Origin: Escherichia coli | Lineage (GTDB): Bacteria; Pseudomonadota; Gammaproteobacteria; Enterobacterales; Enterobacteriaceae | Reading direction: 5' to 3' (one strand) | Length of the DNA: 24,000 nucleotides | NCBI RefSeq assembly: GCF_900618295.1 | Contig: NZ_LR130532.1 | Shown: positions 8,470 to 19,161 of the stretch, one piece after another | Position numbering within the stretch: position 1 is the first letter of the stretch | Layout: each line of letters opens with the position of its first letter | The notes under the pieces: model-generated | What the model saw: only the letters and a program-made list of their open reading frames with translations | Databases searched by the model: none | Told to the model about the DNA's origin: nothing | Position numbers and translations under genes: made by a program

Positions 8470-9738
8470 ATGTATGATTTTGTGATTATTGGCGGCGGCA
8501 TCATCGGCATGTCGACCGCCATGCAACTGATTGATGTTTATCCGGATGCCCGCATTGCGTTGCTGGAAAAAGAGTCCGGCCCGGCCTGTCACCAGACGGG
8601 CCACAACAGCGGCGTGATCCATGCCGGGGTCTATTACACGCCCGGCAGCCTGAAGGCGCAGTTTTGCCTGGCGGGAAACCGCGCCACCAAAGCCTTTTGC
8701 GATCAAAACGACATTCGCTATGACAACTGCGGCAAGATGCTGGTCGCCACGTCCGATCTCGAAATGGAACGGATGCGCGCGTTGTGGGAACGCACGGCGG
8801 CGAACGGTATCGAGCGCGAGTGGTTAAACGCCGAGGAACTGCGCGAGCGCGAACCGAATATCACCGGGCTCGGCGGCATTTTTGTGCCGTCCAGCGGCAT
8901 TGTCAGCTATCGCGAAGTCACAGCGGCAATGGCAAAAATCTTCCAGGCCAGAGGCGGTGAGATTATTTATAACGCCGAAGTCAGCGCCCTCAGTGAGCAT
9001 AAAAACGGCGTGGTCGTCCGAACCCGTCAGGGCGGCGAATATGAAGCATCGACGCTGATTAGCTGTTCCGGGCTGATGGCTGACCGGCTGGTGAAAATGC
9101 TCGGCCTCGAACCGGGTTTTATTATCTGCCCGTTCCGTGGCGAGTATTTCCGCCTTGCGCCGGAGCATAACCAGATTGTTAACCATCTGATTTACCCCAT
9201 TCCCGACCCGGCAATGCCATTTTTGGGCGTGCATCTCACCCGAATGATCGATGGCAGCGTCACCGTCGGGCCAAACGCGGTGCTGGCTTTCAAACGCGAA
9301 GGCTATCGCAAGCGCGACTTCTCATTTAGCGACACGCTGGAGATTTTGGGCTCGTCGGGGATTCGCCGGGTGCTGCAAAACCATCTACGCTCAGGACTGG
9401 GCGAGATGAAAAACTCGCTGTGCAAAAGCGGCTATCTGCGCCTGGTGCAAAAGTATTGTCCCCGGCTTTCGTTAAGCGATCTCCAGCCCTGGCCCGCCGG
9501 TGTGCGGGCGCAGGCAGTATCGCCGGACGGCAAGCTGATTGACGATTTTCTGTTTGTCACCACCCCACGCACGATCCACACCTGCAATGCGCCCTCCCCG
9601 GCAGCGACATCAGCAATTCCTATTGGTGCGCATATTGTCAGCAAGGTACAAACGCTGTTGGCAAGCCAGAGTAACCCCGGACGCACGCTGCGAGCGGCAC
9701 GTAGTGTGGATGCCTTACACGCCGCATTTAATCAATAA
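8470..9738 (+). CDS. lhgO: L-2-hydroxyglutarate dehydrogenase/oxidase
   Basis: 422 aa from ATG 8470 (MYDFVIIGGGIIGMSTAMQL..., FAD-binding GGGIIG). Confidence 0.95.
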   Translation: MYDFVIIGGGIIGMSTAMQLIDVYPDARIALLEKESGPACHQTGHNSGVIHAGVYYTPGSLKAQFCLAGNRATKAFCDQNDIRYDNCGKMLVATSDLEMERMRALWERTAANGIEREWLNAEELREREPNITGLGGIFVPSSGIVSYREVTAAMAKIFQARGGEIIYNAEVSALSEHKNGVVVRTRQGGEYEASTLISCSGLMADRLVKMLGLEPGFIICPFRGEYFRLAPEHNQIVNHLIYPIPDPAMPFLGVHLTRMIDGSVTVGPNAVLAFKREGYRKRDFSFSDTLEILGSSGIRRVLQNHLRSGLGEMKNSLCKSGYLRLVQKYCPRLSLSDLQPWPAGVRAQAVSPDGKLIDDFLFVTTPRTIHTCNAPSPAATSAIPIGAHIVSKVQTLLASQSNPGRTLRAARSVDALHAAFNQ

Positions 9739-9760
9739 CCTTTGAAAACAGGACGTAACA

Positions 9761-11209
9761 ATGAAACTTAACGACAGTAACTTATTCCGCCAGCAGGCGT
9801 TGATTAACGGGGAATGGCTGGACGCCAACAATGGTGAAGTCATCGACGTCACCAATCCGGCGAACGGCGACAAGCTGGGTAGCGTGCCGAAAATGGGCGC
9901 TGATGAAACCCGCGCCGCTATCGACGCCGCCAACCGCGCCCTGCCCGCCTGGCGTGCGCTCACCGCCAAAGAACGCGCCAACATTCTGCGCAACTGGTTC
10001 AATTTGATGATGGAGCATCAGGACGATTTAGCGCGCCTGATGACCCTCGAACAGGGCAAACCACTGGCCGAAGCGAAAGGTGAAATCAGCTACGCCGCCT
10101 CTTTTATTGAGTGGTTTGCCGAAGAAGGCAAACGCATTTATGGCGACACCATTCCCGGTCATCAGGCCGATAAACGCCTGATTGTTATCAAGCAGCCGAT
10201 TGGCGTTACCGCAGCTATCACGCCGTGGAACTTCCCGGCGGCGATGATTACCCGTAAAGCCGGTCCGGCGCTGGCGGCAGGCTGCACCATGGTGCTGAAG
10301 CCCGCCAGTCAGACACCGTTCTCTGCGCTGGCGCTGGCGGAGCTGGCGATTCGCGCGGGCATTCCGGCTGGCGTGTTTAACGTGGTCACCGGTTCGGCAG
10401 GCGCGGTCGGTAATGAACTGACCAGCAACCCGATGGTACGCAAACTGTCGTTTACCGGTTCGACCGAAATTGGCCGCCAGTTAATGGAACAGTGCGCGAA
10501 AGACATCAAAAAAGTGTCGCTGGAGCTGGGCGGCAACGCGCCGTTTATCGTCTTTGACGATGCCGATCTCGATAAAGCCGTGGAAGGCGCGCTGGCCTCG
10601 AAATTCCGCAACGCCGGGCAAACCTGCGTCTGCGCCAACCGTTTATACGTGCAGGACGGCGTGTATGACCGCTTTGCCGAAAAATTGCAGCAGGCGGTGA
10701 GCAAACTGCACATCGGCGACGGGCTGGATAAAGGCGTCACCATCGGGCCGCTGATCGATGAAAAAGCGGTAGCAAAAGTGGAAGAGCATATTGCCGATGC
10801 GCTGGAGAAAGGTGCGCGTGTGGTTTGCGGCGGTAAAGCGGATGAACGCGGCGGCAACTTCTTCCAGCCGACCATTCTGATGGACGTGCCGGCCAACGCC
10901 AAAGTGTCGAAAGAAGAGACGTTCGGCCCCCTCGCCCCGCTGTTCCGCTTTAAAGATGAAGCCGATGTGATTGCGCAAGCCAATGACACCGAGTTTGGCC
11001 TTGCCGCCTATTTCTACGCCCGTGATTTAAGCCGCGTCTTCCGCGTGGGCGAAGCGCTGGAGTACGGCATCGTCGGCATCAATACCGGCATTATTTCCAA
11101 TGAAGTGGCCCCGTTCGGCGGCATCAAAGCCTCGGGTCTGGGTCGTGAAGGTTCGAAGTATGGCATCGAAGATTACTTAGAAATCAAATATATGTGCATC
11201 GGTCTTTAA
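9761..11209 (+). CDS. gabD: NADP-dependent succinate-semialdehyde dehydrogenase
   Basis: 482 aa aldehyde dehydrogenase with VSLELGGNAPFIV and NAGQTCVCANR. Confidence 0.97.
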   Translation: MKLNDSNLFRQQALINGEWLDANNGEVIDVTNPANGDKLGSVPKMGADETRAAIDAANRALPAWRALTAKERANILRNWFNLMMEHQDDLARLMTLEQGKPLAEAKGEISYAASFIEWFAEEGKRIYGDTIPGHQADKRLIVIKQPIGVTAAITPWNFPAAMITRKAGPALAAGCTMVLKPASQTPFSALALAELAIRAGIPAGVFNVVTGSAGAVGNELTSNPMVRKLSFTGSTEIGRQLMEQCAKDIKKVSLELGGNAPFIVFDDADLDKAVEGALASKFRNAGQTCVCANRLYVQDGVYDRFAEKLQQAVSKLHIGDGLDKGVTIGPLIDEKAVAKVEEHIADALEKGARVVCGGKADERGGNFFQPTILMDVPANAKVSKEETFGPLAPLFRFKDEADVIAQANDTEFGLAAYFYARDLSRVFRVGEALEYGIVGINTGIISNEVAPFGGIKASGLGREGSKYGIEDYLEIKYMCIGL

Positions 11210-11222
11210 CTGGAGAATGCGA

Positions 11223-12503
11223 ATGAACAGCAATAAAGAGTTAATGCAGCGCCGCAGTCAGGCGATTCCCCGTGGCGTTGGGCAAATTCACCCGATTTTC
11301 GCTGACCGCGCGGAAAACTGCCGGGTGTGGGACGTTGAAGGCCGTGAGTATCTTGATTTCGCGGGCGGGATTGCGGTGCTCAATACCGGGCACCTGCATC
11401 CGAAGGTGGTGGCCGCGGTGGAAGCGCAGTTGAAAAAACTGTCGCACACCTGCTTCCAGGTGCTGGCTTACGAGCCGTATCTGGAGCTGTGCGAGATTAT
11501 GAATCAGAAGGTGCCGGGCGATTTCGCCAAGAAAACGCTGCTGGTTACGACCGGTTCCGAAGCGGTGGAAAACGCGGTAAAAATCGCCCGCGCCGCCACC
11601 AAACGTAGCGGCACCATCGCTTTTAGCGGCGCGTATCACGGGCGCACGCATTACACGCTGGCGCTGACCGGCAAGGTGAATCCGTACTCTGCGGGCATGG
11701 GGCTGATGCCGGGTCATGTTTATCGCGCGCTTTATCCTTGCCCGCTGCACGGCATAAGCGAGGATGACGCTATCGCCAGCATCCACCGGATCTTCAAAAA
11801 TGATGCCGCGCCGGAAGATATCGCCGCCATCGTGATTGAGCCGGTTCAGGGTGAAGGCGGTTTCTACGCCGCGTCGCCAGCCTTTATGCAGCGTTTACGC
11901 GCGCTGTGTGACGAGCACGGGATCATGCTGATTGCCGATGAAGTGCAGAGCGGCGCGGGGCGTACCGGCACGCTGTTTGCGATGGAGCAGATGGGCGTTG
12001 CGCCGGATCTCACTACCTTTGCGAAATCGATCGCGGGCGGCTTCCCGCTGGCGGGCGTCACCGGGCGCGCGGAAGTGATGGATGCCGTCGCTCCAGGCGG
12101 TCTGGGCGGCACCTATGCCGGTAACCCGATTGCCTGCGTGGCGGCGCTGGAAGTGTTGAAGGTGTTTGAGCAGGAAAATCTGCTGCAAAAAGCCAACGAT
12201 CTGGGGCAGAAGCTAAAAGACGGATTGTTGGCGATAGCCGAAAAACACCCGGAGATCGGCGACGTACGCGGGCTGGGGGCGATGATCGCCATTGAGCTGT
12301 TTGAAGATGGCGATCACAGCAAACCGGACGCAAAACTCACCGCCGAGATCGTGGCACGCGCCCGCGATAAGGGCCTGATTCTTCTCTCCTGCGGCCCGTA
12401 TTACAACGTGCTGCGCATCCTTGTACCGCTCACCATTGAAGACGCTCAGATCCGTCAGGGTCTGGAGATCATCAGCCAGTGTTTTGCTGAGGCGAAGCAG
12501 TAG
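11223..12503 (+). CDS. gabT: 4-aminobutyrate aminotransferase
   Basis: 426 aa from ATG 11223 (MNSNKELMQRRSQAIPRGVGQIHP...), class III PLP aminotransferase pattern IMLIADEVQSGAGRTG and FAKSIAGG. Confidence 0.97.
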   Translation: MNSNKELMQRRSQAIPRGVGQIHPIFADRAENCRVWDVEGREYLDFAGGIAVLNTGHLHPKVVAAVEAQLKKLSHTCFQVLAYEPYLELCEIMNQKVPGDFAKKTLLVTTGSEAVENAVKIARAATKRSGTIAFSGAYHGRTHYTLALTGKVNPYSAGMGLMPGHVYRALYPCPLHGISEDDAIASIHRIFKNDAAPEDIAAIVIEPVQGEGGFYAASPAFMQRLRALCDEHGIMLIADEVQSGAGRTGTLFAMEQMGVAPDLTTFAKSIAGGFPLAGVTGRAEVMDAVAPGGLGGTYAGNPIACVAALEVLKVFEQENLLQKANDLGQKLKDGLLAIAEKHPEIGDVRGLGAMIAIELFEDGDHSKPDAKLTAEIVARARDKGLILLSCGPYYNVLRILVPLTIEDAQIRQGLEIISQCFAEAKQ

Positions 12504-12610
12504 CTATGTCCGTTTGTAAGAGTTAACCGTTGCTAAGGGAATGATAACGATGCAGTAAAAAATAATAACGATGAGGCGATCGACAAAGTTAAAAACGACT
12601 GCGGACTGTC

Positions 12611-12699
12611 CCCTCGCCCCTCTGGGGAGAGGGTTAGGGTGAGGGGTAATCACGCGGCTACACCCTCACCCCGGCCCTCTCCCTAAGGGAGAGGGAGAA
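12611..12699. repeat. GC-rich nested inverted repeats in the gabT-gabP intergenic region (boxC/BIME-like)
   Basis: ccctcgcccctctggggagagggttagggtgagggg ... caccctcaccccggccctctccctaagggagagggag. Each half folds on itself, and GGGTGAGGG can also pair with CCCTCACCC. Confidence 0.7.
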
Positions 12700-12813
12700 A
12701 ACCCTCCCGCTTTCGTTTTTAAGATTTTGTTGACCGTCTCAATTAAACGCGTGACCCGACGCGGGAAATGTCGGGGCGCTCTCCCAAGTGACACACTTTC
12801 GAGAGGATTCAGG

Positions 12814-14214
12814 ATGGGGCAATCATCGCAACCACATGAGTTAGGCGGCGGGCTGAAGTCACGCCACGTCACCATGTTGTCTATTGCCGGTGTTATCGGC
12901 GCAAGTCTGTTTGTCGGTTCCAGCGTCGCCATCGCCGAAGCGGGCCCGGCGGTATTACTGGCCTATCTGTTCGCCGGATTACTGGTGGTTATGATTATGC
13001 GAATGCTGGCGGAAATGGCGGTTGCCACGCCCGATACCGGTTCGTTTTCCACCTATGCCGATAAAGCCATTGGCCGCTGGGCGGGTTATACCATCGGCTG
13101 GCTGTACTGGTGGTTTTGGGTACTGGTTATCCCGCTGGAAGCCAACATCGCCGCTATGATCCTGCACTCGTGGGTTCCAGGCATTCCCATCTGGTTATTT
13201 TCCCTCGTCATTACCCTCGCCTTAACTGGCAGTAATTTATTAAGCGTTAAAAACTACGGCGAATTTGAGTTCTGGCTGGCGCTGTGCAAAGTCATCGCTA
13301 TCCTGGCCTTTATTTTCCTTGGTGCAGTCGCAATTAGCGGTTTTTACCCTTATGCCGAAGTGAGCGGGATCTCAAGATTGTGGGATAGCGGCGGCTTTAT
13401 GCCCAACGGCTTCGGTGCGGTATTAAGCGCGATGTTGATCACCATGTTCTCGTTTATGGGCGCAGAAATTGTCACCATTGCCGCCGCGGAATCCGACACG
13501 CCGGAAAAACATATTGTCCGCGCTACCAACTCGGTTATCTGGCGTATTTCTATCTTCTATTTGTGCTCTATTTTTGTCGTAGTGGCGTTAATACCGTGGA
13601 ATATGCCGGGGCTGAAAGCCGTTGGTTCTTATCGCTCGGTTCTGGAATTGCTCAATATTCCCCATGCGAAATTAATCATGGACTGCGTGATATTACTTTC
13701 CGTAACCAGCTGTCTGAACTCGGCGCTGTATACCGCGTCAAGGATGCTCTACTCCTTAAGCCGTCGCGGTGATGCGCCCGCGCTAATGGGCAAAATCAAC
13801 CGCAGTAAAACCCCGTATGTGGCGGTGTTACTCTCCACCGGAGCGGCATTTTTAACGGTGGTGGTGAACTATTACGCACCTGCGAAAGTGTTTAAATTCC
13901 TGATAGACAGCTCCGGCGCTATCGCCCTGCTGGTTTATTTAGTCATCGCCGTTTCACAGTTGCGGATGCGCAAAATTCTGCGAGCAGAAGGAAGCGAAAT
14001 TCGCTTGCGCATGTGGCTTTATCCCTGGCTCACCTGGCTGGTCATCGGCTTTATTACCTTTGTGTTGGTAGTGATGCTATTCCGTCCGGCGCAACAGTTA
14101 GAAGTGATCTCCACCGGCTTATTAGCGATAGGGATTATCTGTACCGTGCCAATTATGGCGCGCTGGAAAAAGCTGGTATTGTGGCAAAAAACACCCGTTC
14201 ATAATACGCGCTGA
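12814..14214 (+). CDS. gabP: 4-aminobutyrate (GABA) permease
   Basis: 466 aa from ATG 12814 (MGQSSQPHELGGGLKSRHVTMLSIAGVIGASLFVGSS...), APC-family transporter. Confidence 0.96.
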   Translation: MGQSSQPHELGGGLKSRHVTMLSIAGVIGASLFVGSSVAIAEAGPAVLLAYLFAGLLVVMIMRMLAEMAVATPDTGSFSTYADKAIGRWAGYTIGWLYWWFWVLVIPLEANIAAMILHSWVPGIPIWLFSLVITLALTGSNLLSVKNYGEFEFWLALCKVIAILAFIFLGAVAISGFYPYAEVSGISRLWDSGGFMPNGFGAVLSAMLITMFSFMGAEIVTIAAAESDTPEKHIVRATNSVIWRISIFYLCSIFVVVALIPWNMPGLKAVGSYRSVLELLNIPHAKLIMDCVILLSVTSCLNSALYTASRMLYSLSRRGDAPALMGKINRSKTPYVAVLLSTGAAFLTVVVNYYAPAKVFKFLIDSSGAIALLVYLVIAVSQLRMRKILRAEGSEIRLRMWLYPWLTWLVIGFITFVLVVMLFRPAQQLEVISTGLLAIGIICTVPIMARWKKLVLWQKTPVHNTR

Positions 14215-14234
14215 TCATGATCAGGAGTCACACC

Positions 14235-14897
14235 ATGACCATTACGTCTCTGGATGGCTATCGCTGGCTGAAGAACGATATTATTCGCGGTAATTTTCAA
14301 CCGGATGAAAAATTACGAATGAGTTTGCTGACATCGCGTTATGCACTTGGCGTTGGGCCGTTACGGGAAGCTCTTTCGCAACTGGTGGCGGAACGGCTGG
14401 TCACGGTGGTGAATCAAAAAGGGTATCGGGTGGCGTCTATGTCAGAGCAGGAGCTGCTCGATATTTTCGACGCCCGCGCCAATATGGAAGCGATGTTAGT
14501 GAGTCTGGCGATTGCCCGCGGTGGCGATGAGTGGGAGGCAGACGTTCTCGCAAAAGCGCATCTGCTGAGTAAGCTTGAGGCCTGTGACGCCAGCGAGAAA
14601 ATGCTTGATGAGTGGGATCTGCGTCATCAGGCGTTTCATACGGCAATTGTGGCGGGCTGTGGTTCTCACTATTTGCTGCAAATGCGTGAACGGTTGTTTG
14701 ATCTGGCGGCGCGTTATCGATTTATCTGGCTGCGGCGAACGGTGCTTTCGGTGGAAATGCTGGAGGATAAACACGATCAGCACCAGACCCTGACTGCGGC
14801 GGTACTGGCGCGAGATACCGCGCGCGCCAGTGAGTTAATGCGCCAGCATTTACTGACGCCAATTCCCATTATCCAGCAGGCGATGGCTGGCAATTAA
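14235..14897 (+). CDS. glaR: GntR/FCD-family repressor of the gla/gab operon (CsiR/GlaR)
   Basis: 220 aa from ATG 14235 (MTITSLDGYRWLKNDIIRGNFQPDEKLRMSLL...GVGPLREALSQLV), GntR helix-turn-helix plus FCD domain. Confidence 0.94.
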   Translation: MTITSLDGYRWLKNDIIRGNFQPDEKLRMSLLTSRYALGVGPLREALSQLVAERLVTVVNQKGYRVASMSEQELLDIFDARANMEAMLVSLAIARGGDEWEADVLAKAHLLSKLEACDASEKMLDEWDLRHQAFHTAIVAGCGSHYLLQMRERLFDLAARYRFIWLRRTVLSVEMLEDKHDQHQTLTAAVLARDTARASELMRQHLLTPIPIIQQAMAGN

Positions 14898-15347
14898 CTA
14901 CTCTTCCGGAATACGCAACACTTGCCCCGGATAAATTTTATCCGGGCTTTTTAGCATCGGTTTATTCGCTTCGAAGATTTTATTGTACAGATTAGCGTTA
15001 CCGTAGACCTGTTTGGAAATGGCACTCAGAGTGTCGCCAGACTTAACGGTATAAAACTGGCTGGCAGTGGCTGGTGTCGCCGTTTTCACCTGATCATCGA
15101 CACTGGCAATACCGGAAATATTCCCCACCGCAACAAGGATTTTCTCCTTCGCCTCCTGACTCAGGCCGTCACCAGTGACCGTCGCTTTGCCGTCGGCAAT
15201 TTGAATATTCACTTTATCGGCATCCGGTATACCGGTTTTGTTCAGATGCTCCTGCACCTTCTTCGCCTGATCGTCTTTATCGTGCTGACCTGTAACCGCG
15301 TCCCAGAGTTTTTCTCCGGCATCTTTCACAAAATTGAACAGACCCAT
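14898..15347 (-). CDS. kbp: Potassium-binding protein with BON and LysM domains
   Basis: 149 aa ([21 protein letters not shown]..., C-terminal Lys[35 protein letters not shown]). Confidence 0.95.
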
Positions 15348-15430
15348 AGCTACCTCATTCGTTAACGGAAACACTCAGAAAGTGTAGCAGAGGAACGCGG
15401 CGCGTTAACGCCGCGGGGATGAGCACAGGT

Positions 15431-15589
15431 TTAATCGCGGGTTTGCACCCAGAACGCGTGAATCAAACCGGGGATATACCCAAGCAGTGTCAACAGAATA
15501 TTAATAATGAACGCCCAACCGAACCCTTTACCGAGCAGCACGCCGAGCGGCGGCAGAATGATGGTGATGACGATTCTCCAGAAACCCAT
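15431..15589 (-). CDS. yqaE: Small PMP3-family membrane protein YqaE
   Basis: Reverse-strand ATG at 15589 to TAA at 15431, 52 aa: MGFWRIVITIILPPLGVLLGKGFGWAFIINILLTLLGYIPGLIHAFWVQTRD. Not in the supplied ORF track (below its size cutoff). Confidence 0.93.
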   Translation of the reverse strand: MGFWRIVITIILPPLGVLLGKGFGWAFIINILLTLLGYIPGLIHAFWVQTRD

Positions 15590-15771
15590 ATGTACTCCCT
15601 ATAAGAAAATTACTCATTGTTTAAAAAGAGATTTTATCTCTTAAGCGTAGTAATTTTAGCGGAGCCTGCCAGTTTCAGCTTACGCTTTTACTCTCATTTA
15701 CGCTGCTGAGGCTGGTATATGTTGCATTTTTAGTTTAGAGTTTACTTAATTTAGAAAATACTTAAATAAAT

Positions 15772-16071
15772 ATGACTGAACTCGCGCAATTACAGGCCAG
15801 TGCCGAACAGGCAGCGGCCTTATTGAAAGCAATGAGCCACCCTAAACGATTGCTGATTCTGTGCATGCTTAGCGGTTCCCCCGGCACCAGCGCGGGAGAG
15901 CTGACGCGCATTACCGGACTGAGTGCCTCTGCGACATCACAGCATCTCGCTCGTATGCGGGACGAAGGGCTTATCGACAGCCAACGGGATGCCCAACGCA
16001 TTCTATATTCCATTAAAAATGAGGCGGTAAATGCCATTATCGCCACCCTGAAAAATGTCTATTGTCCGTAA
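15772..16071 (+). CDS. ygaV: ArsR-family transcriptional regulator
   Basis: 99 aa, helix-turn-helix SAGELTRITGLSASATSQHLARMRDEGLI. Confidence 0.94.
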   Translation: MTELAQLQASAEQAAALLKAMSHPKRLLILCMLSGSPGTSAGELTRITGLSASATSQHLARMRDEGLIDSQRDAQRILYSIKNEAVNAIIATLKNVYCP

Positions 16072-16080
16072 GGAGTCACT

Positions 16081-16605
16081 ATGGCTTTGACAACCATTTC
16101 GCCGCATGATGCACAAGAATTAATCGCACGCGGCGCAAAGTTAATCGATATTCGTGATGCTGATGAATATCTTCGTGAACATATTCCTGAAGCAGATCTG
16201 GCTCCATTATCCGTGCTGGAACAGTCAGGTCTTCCGGCTAAATTACGTCACGAGCAAATTATATTCCACTGCCAGGCAGGTAAACGCACCAGTAATAATG
16301 CCGATAAATTAGCAGCGATTGCCGCCCCCGCAGAAATATTTTTACTCGAAGATGGGATTGATGGCTGGAAAAGAGCTGGATTGCCAGTAGCGGTAAATAA
16401 ATCTCAACCCTTTCCGTTAATGCGCCAGGTGCAGATCGCTGCGGGTGGTTTAATATTAATCGGCGTTGTACTGGGTTATACCGTAAATAGCGGTTTCTTC
16501 TTATTAAGTGGCTTTGTTGGTGCCGGGTTACTGTTTGCAGGAATCAGCGGTTTTTGTGGAATGGCAAGGTTGTTAGATAAGATGCCGTGGAACCAACGAG
16601 CTTGA
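16081..16605 (+). CDS. ygaP: Membrane-associated rhodanese (sulfurtransferase)
   Basis: 174 aa, rhodanese active-site loop [14 protein letters not shown] followed by two hydrophobic segments. Confidence 0.95.
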   Translation: MALTTISPHDAQELIARGAKLIDIRDADEYLREHIPEADLAPLSVLEQSGLPAKLRHEQIIFHCQAGKRTSNNADKLAAIAAPAEIFLLEDGIDGWKRAGLPVAVNKSQPFPLMRQVQIAAGGLILIGVVLGYTVNSGFFLLSGFVGAGLLFAGISGFCGMARLLDKMPWNQRA

Positions 16606-16651
16606 GAAGCGACGCCGGACGCGCCCTAGCAGCGACATCCGGCCTCAGTAA

Positions 16652-17056
16652 TTAGATCAGGAAATCGTCGAGAGATTTACCTTCTGCCAGCGCCTGAGCA
16701 ATTGGCTTCGGTGTACGGCCCTGACCGGTCCAGGTTTTAGTTTCACCGTTAACATCGGTGAATTTATATTTCGCCGGACGCGGCTGGCGTTTTTTACCAG
16801 CGCGTGGTGCAGCAGCAGAGCTATTACCCAATAACTCTTCCGGGTTAATTCCGTCAGCCTTCATCAGCTCCAGCCAGGTGCTAATTTTTTCCTGACGCTC
16901 AGCCAGTTCACGCTGCTGCTGTTCTTCTTCTTCACGTCTTTCTTTAGTGACAACCCTGAATTTTTCGAGCATTTCTTCAAGAACGTCAATGGAGAATTCG
17001 CGAGCCATCGCACGGAGGGTGCGAATGTTATTTAAACTTTGTAACATTACGGACAT
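16652..17056 (-). CDS. stpA: H-NS paralogue StpA
   Basis: 134 aa ([48 protein letters not shown]...[28 protein letters not shown]). Confidence 0.97.
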   Translation of the reverse strand: MSVMLQSLNNIRTLRAMAREFSIDVLEEMLEKFRVVTKERREEEEQQQRELAERQEKISTWLELMKADGINPEELLGNSSAAAPRAGKKRQPRPAKYKFTDVNGETKTWTGQGRTPKPIAQALAEGKSLDDFLI

Positions 17057-17722
17057 AATAAAGAAAACCTTTTAACGCCAAAACAAAAAAGTATTTCGTC
17101 GCGTAGTGTAAGCGATCACTTATTATATTTCCACAAAATTTAATCTATTTACAGTCCTGCGCGAGATTATTTCAGCTGTTATTTTCTGAAACTCTCAGAA
17201 TAATTTCAAGATTATATATTAGCCATTTTGATGAGTAATTTAGATTATTGGTGAACAGAGTGGCGCTCTCTGCTCGCTAATTCCGCAAGCCTGACAAAAC
17301 CGAAGTGAATAAAAATGCAATATAACAGAATAAAAGAAAACACCCCTCACTGGTGCTTTCTGCTGTTAATGTACATTTTCTGGCATAAAAAATGCTGTAA
17401 ATGACACGGTCACGACATACACCGAATTCTCTACGCTTATAGCGTTACCTCACCCCAAACTTTCATTAGTGAAATTAAAGGCAAGGTCATATCTAATTGA
17501 TTTAATTGAAAATAAATCATATCGGCATGTAAAAATCCACAATGTACAAAAAACGAGCCGTTACGGAATATTTTATCTACAAAAACTGACTAAATAAAAA
17601 TTTTTCACTAATTGAATAGTCATAGCCAGCGATATACGCTATGCGAAAATGCAGATGACAATGAGATCCACTGCTTTCATCTCCATTAACATCCCATTAC
17701 GCTTTTATTAAGGAGCATTAGC

Positions 17723-18172
17723 ATGTTCTCACCGCAGTCACGCTTGCGTCATGCAGTTGCAGATACGTTCGCGATGGTTGTTTACTGTTCTGTCGTGAAC
17801 ATGTGTATTGAAGTTTTCCTCTCCGGAATGAGCTTCGAACAGTCTTTTTATTCCAGATTGGTAGCGATTCCGGTGAACATCTTAATTGCATGGCCATACG
17901 GTATGTACCGCGATCTGTTTATGCGCGCGGCACGCAAAGTTAGCCCGTCGGGCTGGATAAAAAATCTGGCTGATATCCTGGCTTATGTGACGTTCCAGTC
18001 ACCGGTGTATGTGGCGATCTTGTTAGTGGTGGGCGCAGACTGGCATCAGATTATGGCGGCGGTCAGTTCAAACATCGTTGTTTCGATGTTGATGGGGGCG
18101 GTTTATGGCTACTTCCTCGATTATTGCCGCCGACTGTTTAAAGTCAGCCGTTACCAGCAGGTAAAAGCCTGA
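17723..18172 (+). CDS. alaE: L-alanine exporter AlaE
   Basis: 149 aa ([41 protein letters not shown]...). Confidence 0.94.
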   Translation: MFSPQSRLRHAVADTFAMVVYCSVVNMCIEVFLSGMSFEQSFYSRLVAIPVNILIAWPYGMYRDLFMRAARKVSPSGWIKNLADILAYVTFQSPVYVAILLVVGADWHQIMAAVSSNIVVSMLMGAVYGYFLDYCRRLFKVSRYQQVKA

Positions 18173-18182
18173 CTCTTCTTTT

Positions 18183-18209
18183 CGCGACTGGCATCGCCAG
18201 TCGCGTCTT
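18183..18209. terminator. Intergenic hairpin, probably bidirectional terminator between convergent alaE and ygaC
   Basis: cgcgactggc-atc-gccagtcgcg, 10-bp perfect stem followed by tcttt. Confidence 0.65.
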
Positions 18210-18553
18210 TAACTGGCTTCGCCAAATAAACCATTCAAATAACGTTCAAGCGCAACACGCGAACTGAAGCCATGCGGGATACCGTAATGCTCGTGTCGCT
18301 CGCCTGCTAAATAGAGCGGAAATTGCTGGTAATGATCGCAAGTTTTAATATCGGAAGCGGGTTCAGCCAGTGTTGAACTGCGTTCTTTTAATGTTGGATG
18401 AATTACCAGAGCGGTACGTCCCATTCGCGCTTCGCGATTAACATAGACATAATTTTCCCCACGGCGGTAACCATACGCTTTCTGGGTTACCACATCGACA
18501 GTAAAACCGACTTTTTCAAGTACGCGCGCCACCTCGTCTGGTCGTAAATACAT
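18209..18553 (-). CDS. ygaC: DUF2002-type protein YgaC
   Basis: 114 aa ([53 protein letters not shown]...). Confidence 0.92.
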
Positions 18554-18704
18554 ATTTGATCCTCGTTATTATCAACCGCGGGCCTACCTTACCTGATTGC
18601 GCATTCACAACGCTTTCAGAAAAGTCCATAAAGCCGCGATGAACCTCAGTTAAGAAAATTATGGTCTACACTGAAAATTACATCGAATTCTAATGGGGGA
18701 TCAT

Positions 18705-19034
18705 ATGTTTAACCGACCGAACCGCAACGACGTTGATGATGGCGTGCAGGATATCCAGAATGATGTCAATCAATTAGCTGACAGCCTCGAATCTGTATTG
18801 AAGTCCTGGGGCAGCGACGCCAAAGGGGAAGCTGAAGCCGCACGCAGTAAAGCTCAGGCGTTGCTGAAAGAAACCAGGGCGCGAATGCATGGTCGTACTC
18901 GCGTCCAGCAAGCCGCGCGCGATGCCGTTGGCTGCGCGGATTCTTTTGTTCGTGAAAGACCCTGGTGTAGCGTGGGTACAGCAGCTGCGGTAGGTATTTT
19001 TATCGGCGCACTGTTAAGCATGCGCAAATCGTAG
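18705..19034 (+). CDS. ygaM: ElaB/YgaM/YqjD-family membrane-anchored protein
   Basis: 109 aa from ATG 18705 (MFNRPNRNDVDDGVQDIQNDVNQLADSLESVLKSWG...), C-terminal glycine-rich hydrophobic anchor GTAAAVGIFIGALLSMRKS. Confidence 0.93.
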   Translation: MFNRPNRNDVDDGVQDIQNDVNQLADSLESVLKSWGSDAKGEAEAARSKAQALLKETRARMHGRTRVQQAARDAVGCADSFVRERPWCSVGTAAAVGIFIGALLSMRKS

Positions 19035-19064
19035 TGCAAAAATGATAATAAATACGCGTCTTTG

Positions 19065-19095
19065 ACCCCGAAGCCTGTCTTCGGGGTTTCTTTTT
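19065..19095 (+). terminator. Rho-independent terminator downstream of ygaM
   Basis: ACCCCGAA gcctgtc TTCGGGGT followed by ttcttttt. Confidence 0.85.
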
Positions 19096-19161
19096 GCCTG
19101 GTGAATCACAAAAATCCCCCTACCCCGTCACGCTCATATCCAGGGTAATTTCGACCACTAT

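Noticed and set aside
16608-16642. REP-like sequence (gcgacgccggacgcgcc...gacatccggcc) between ygaP and stpA
   Set aside because: It resembles a partial REP unit and may serve as a shared terminator, but pairing is too imperfect for me to call confidently; not novel in either case.
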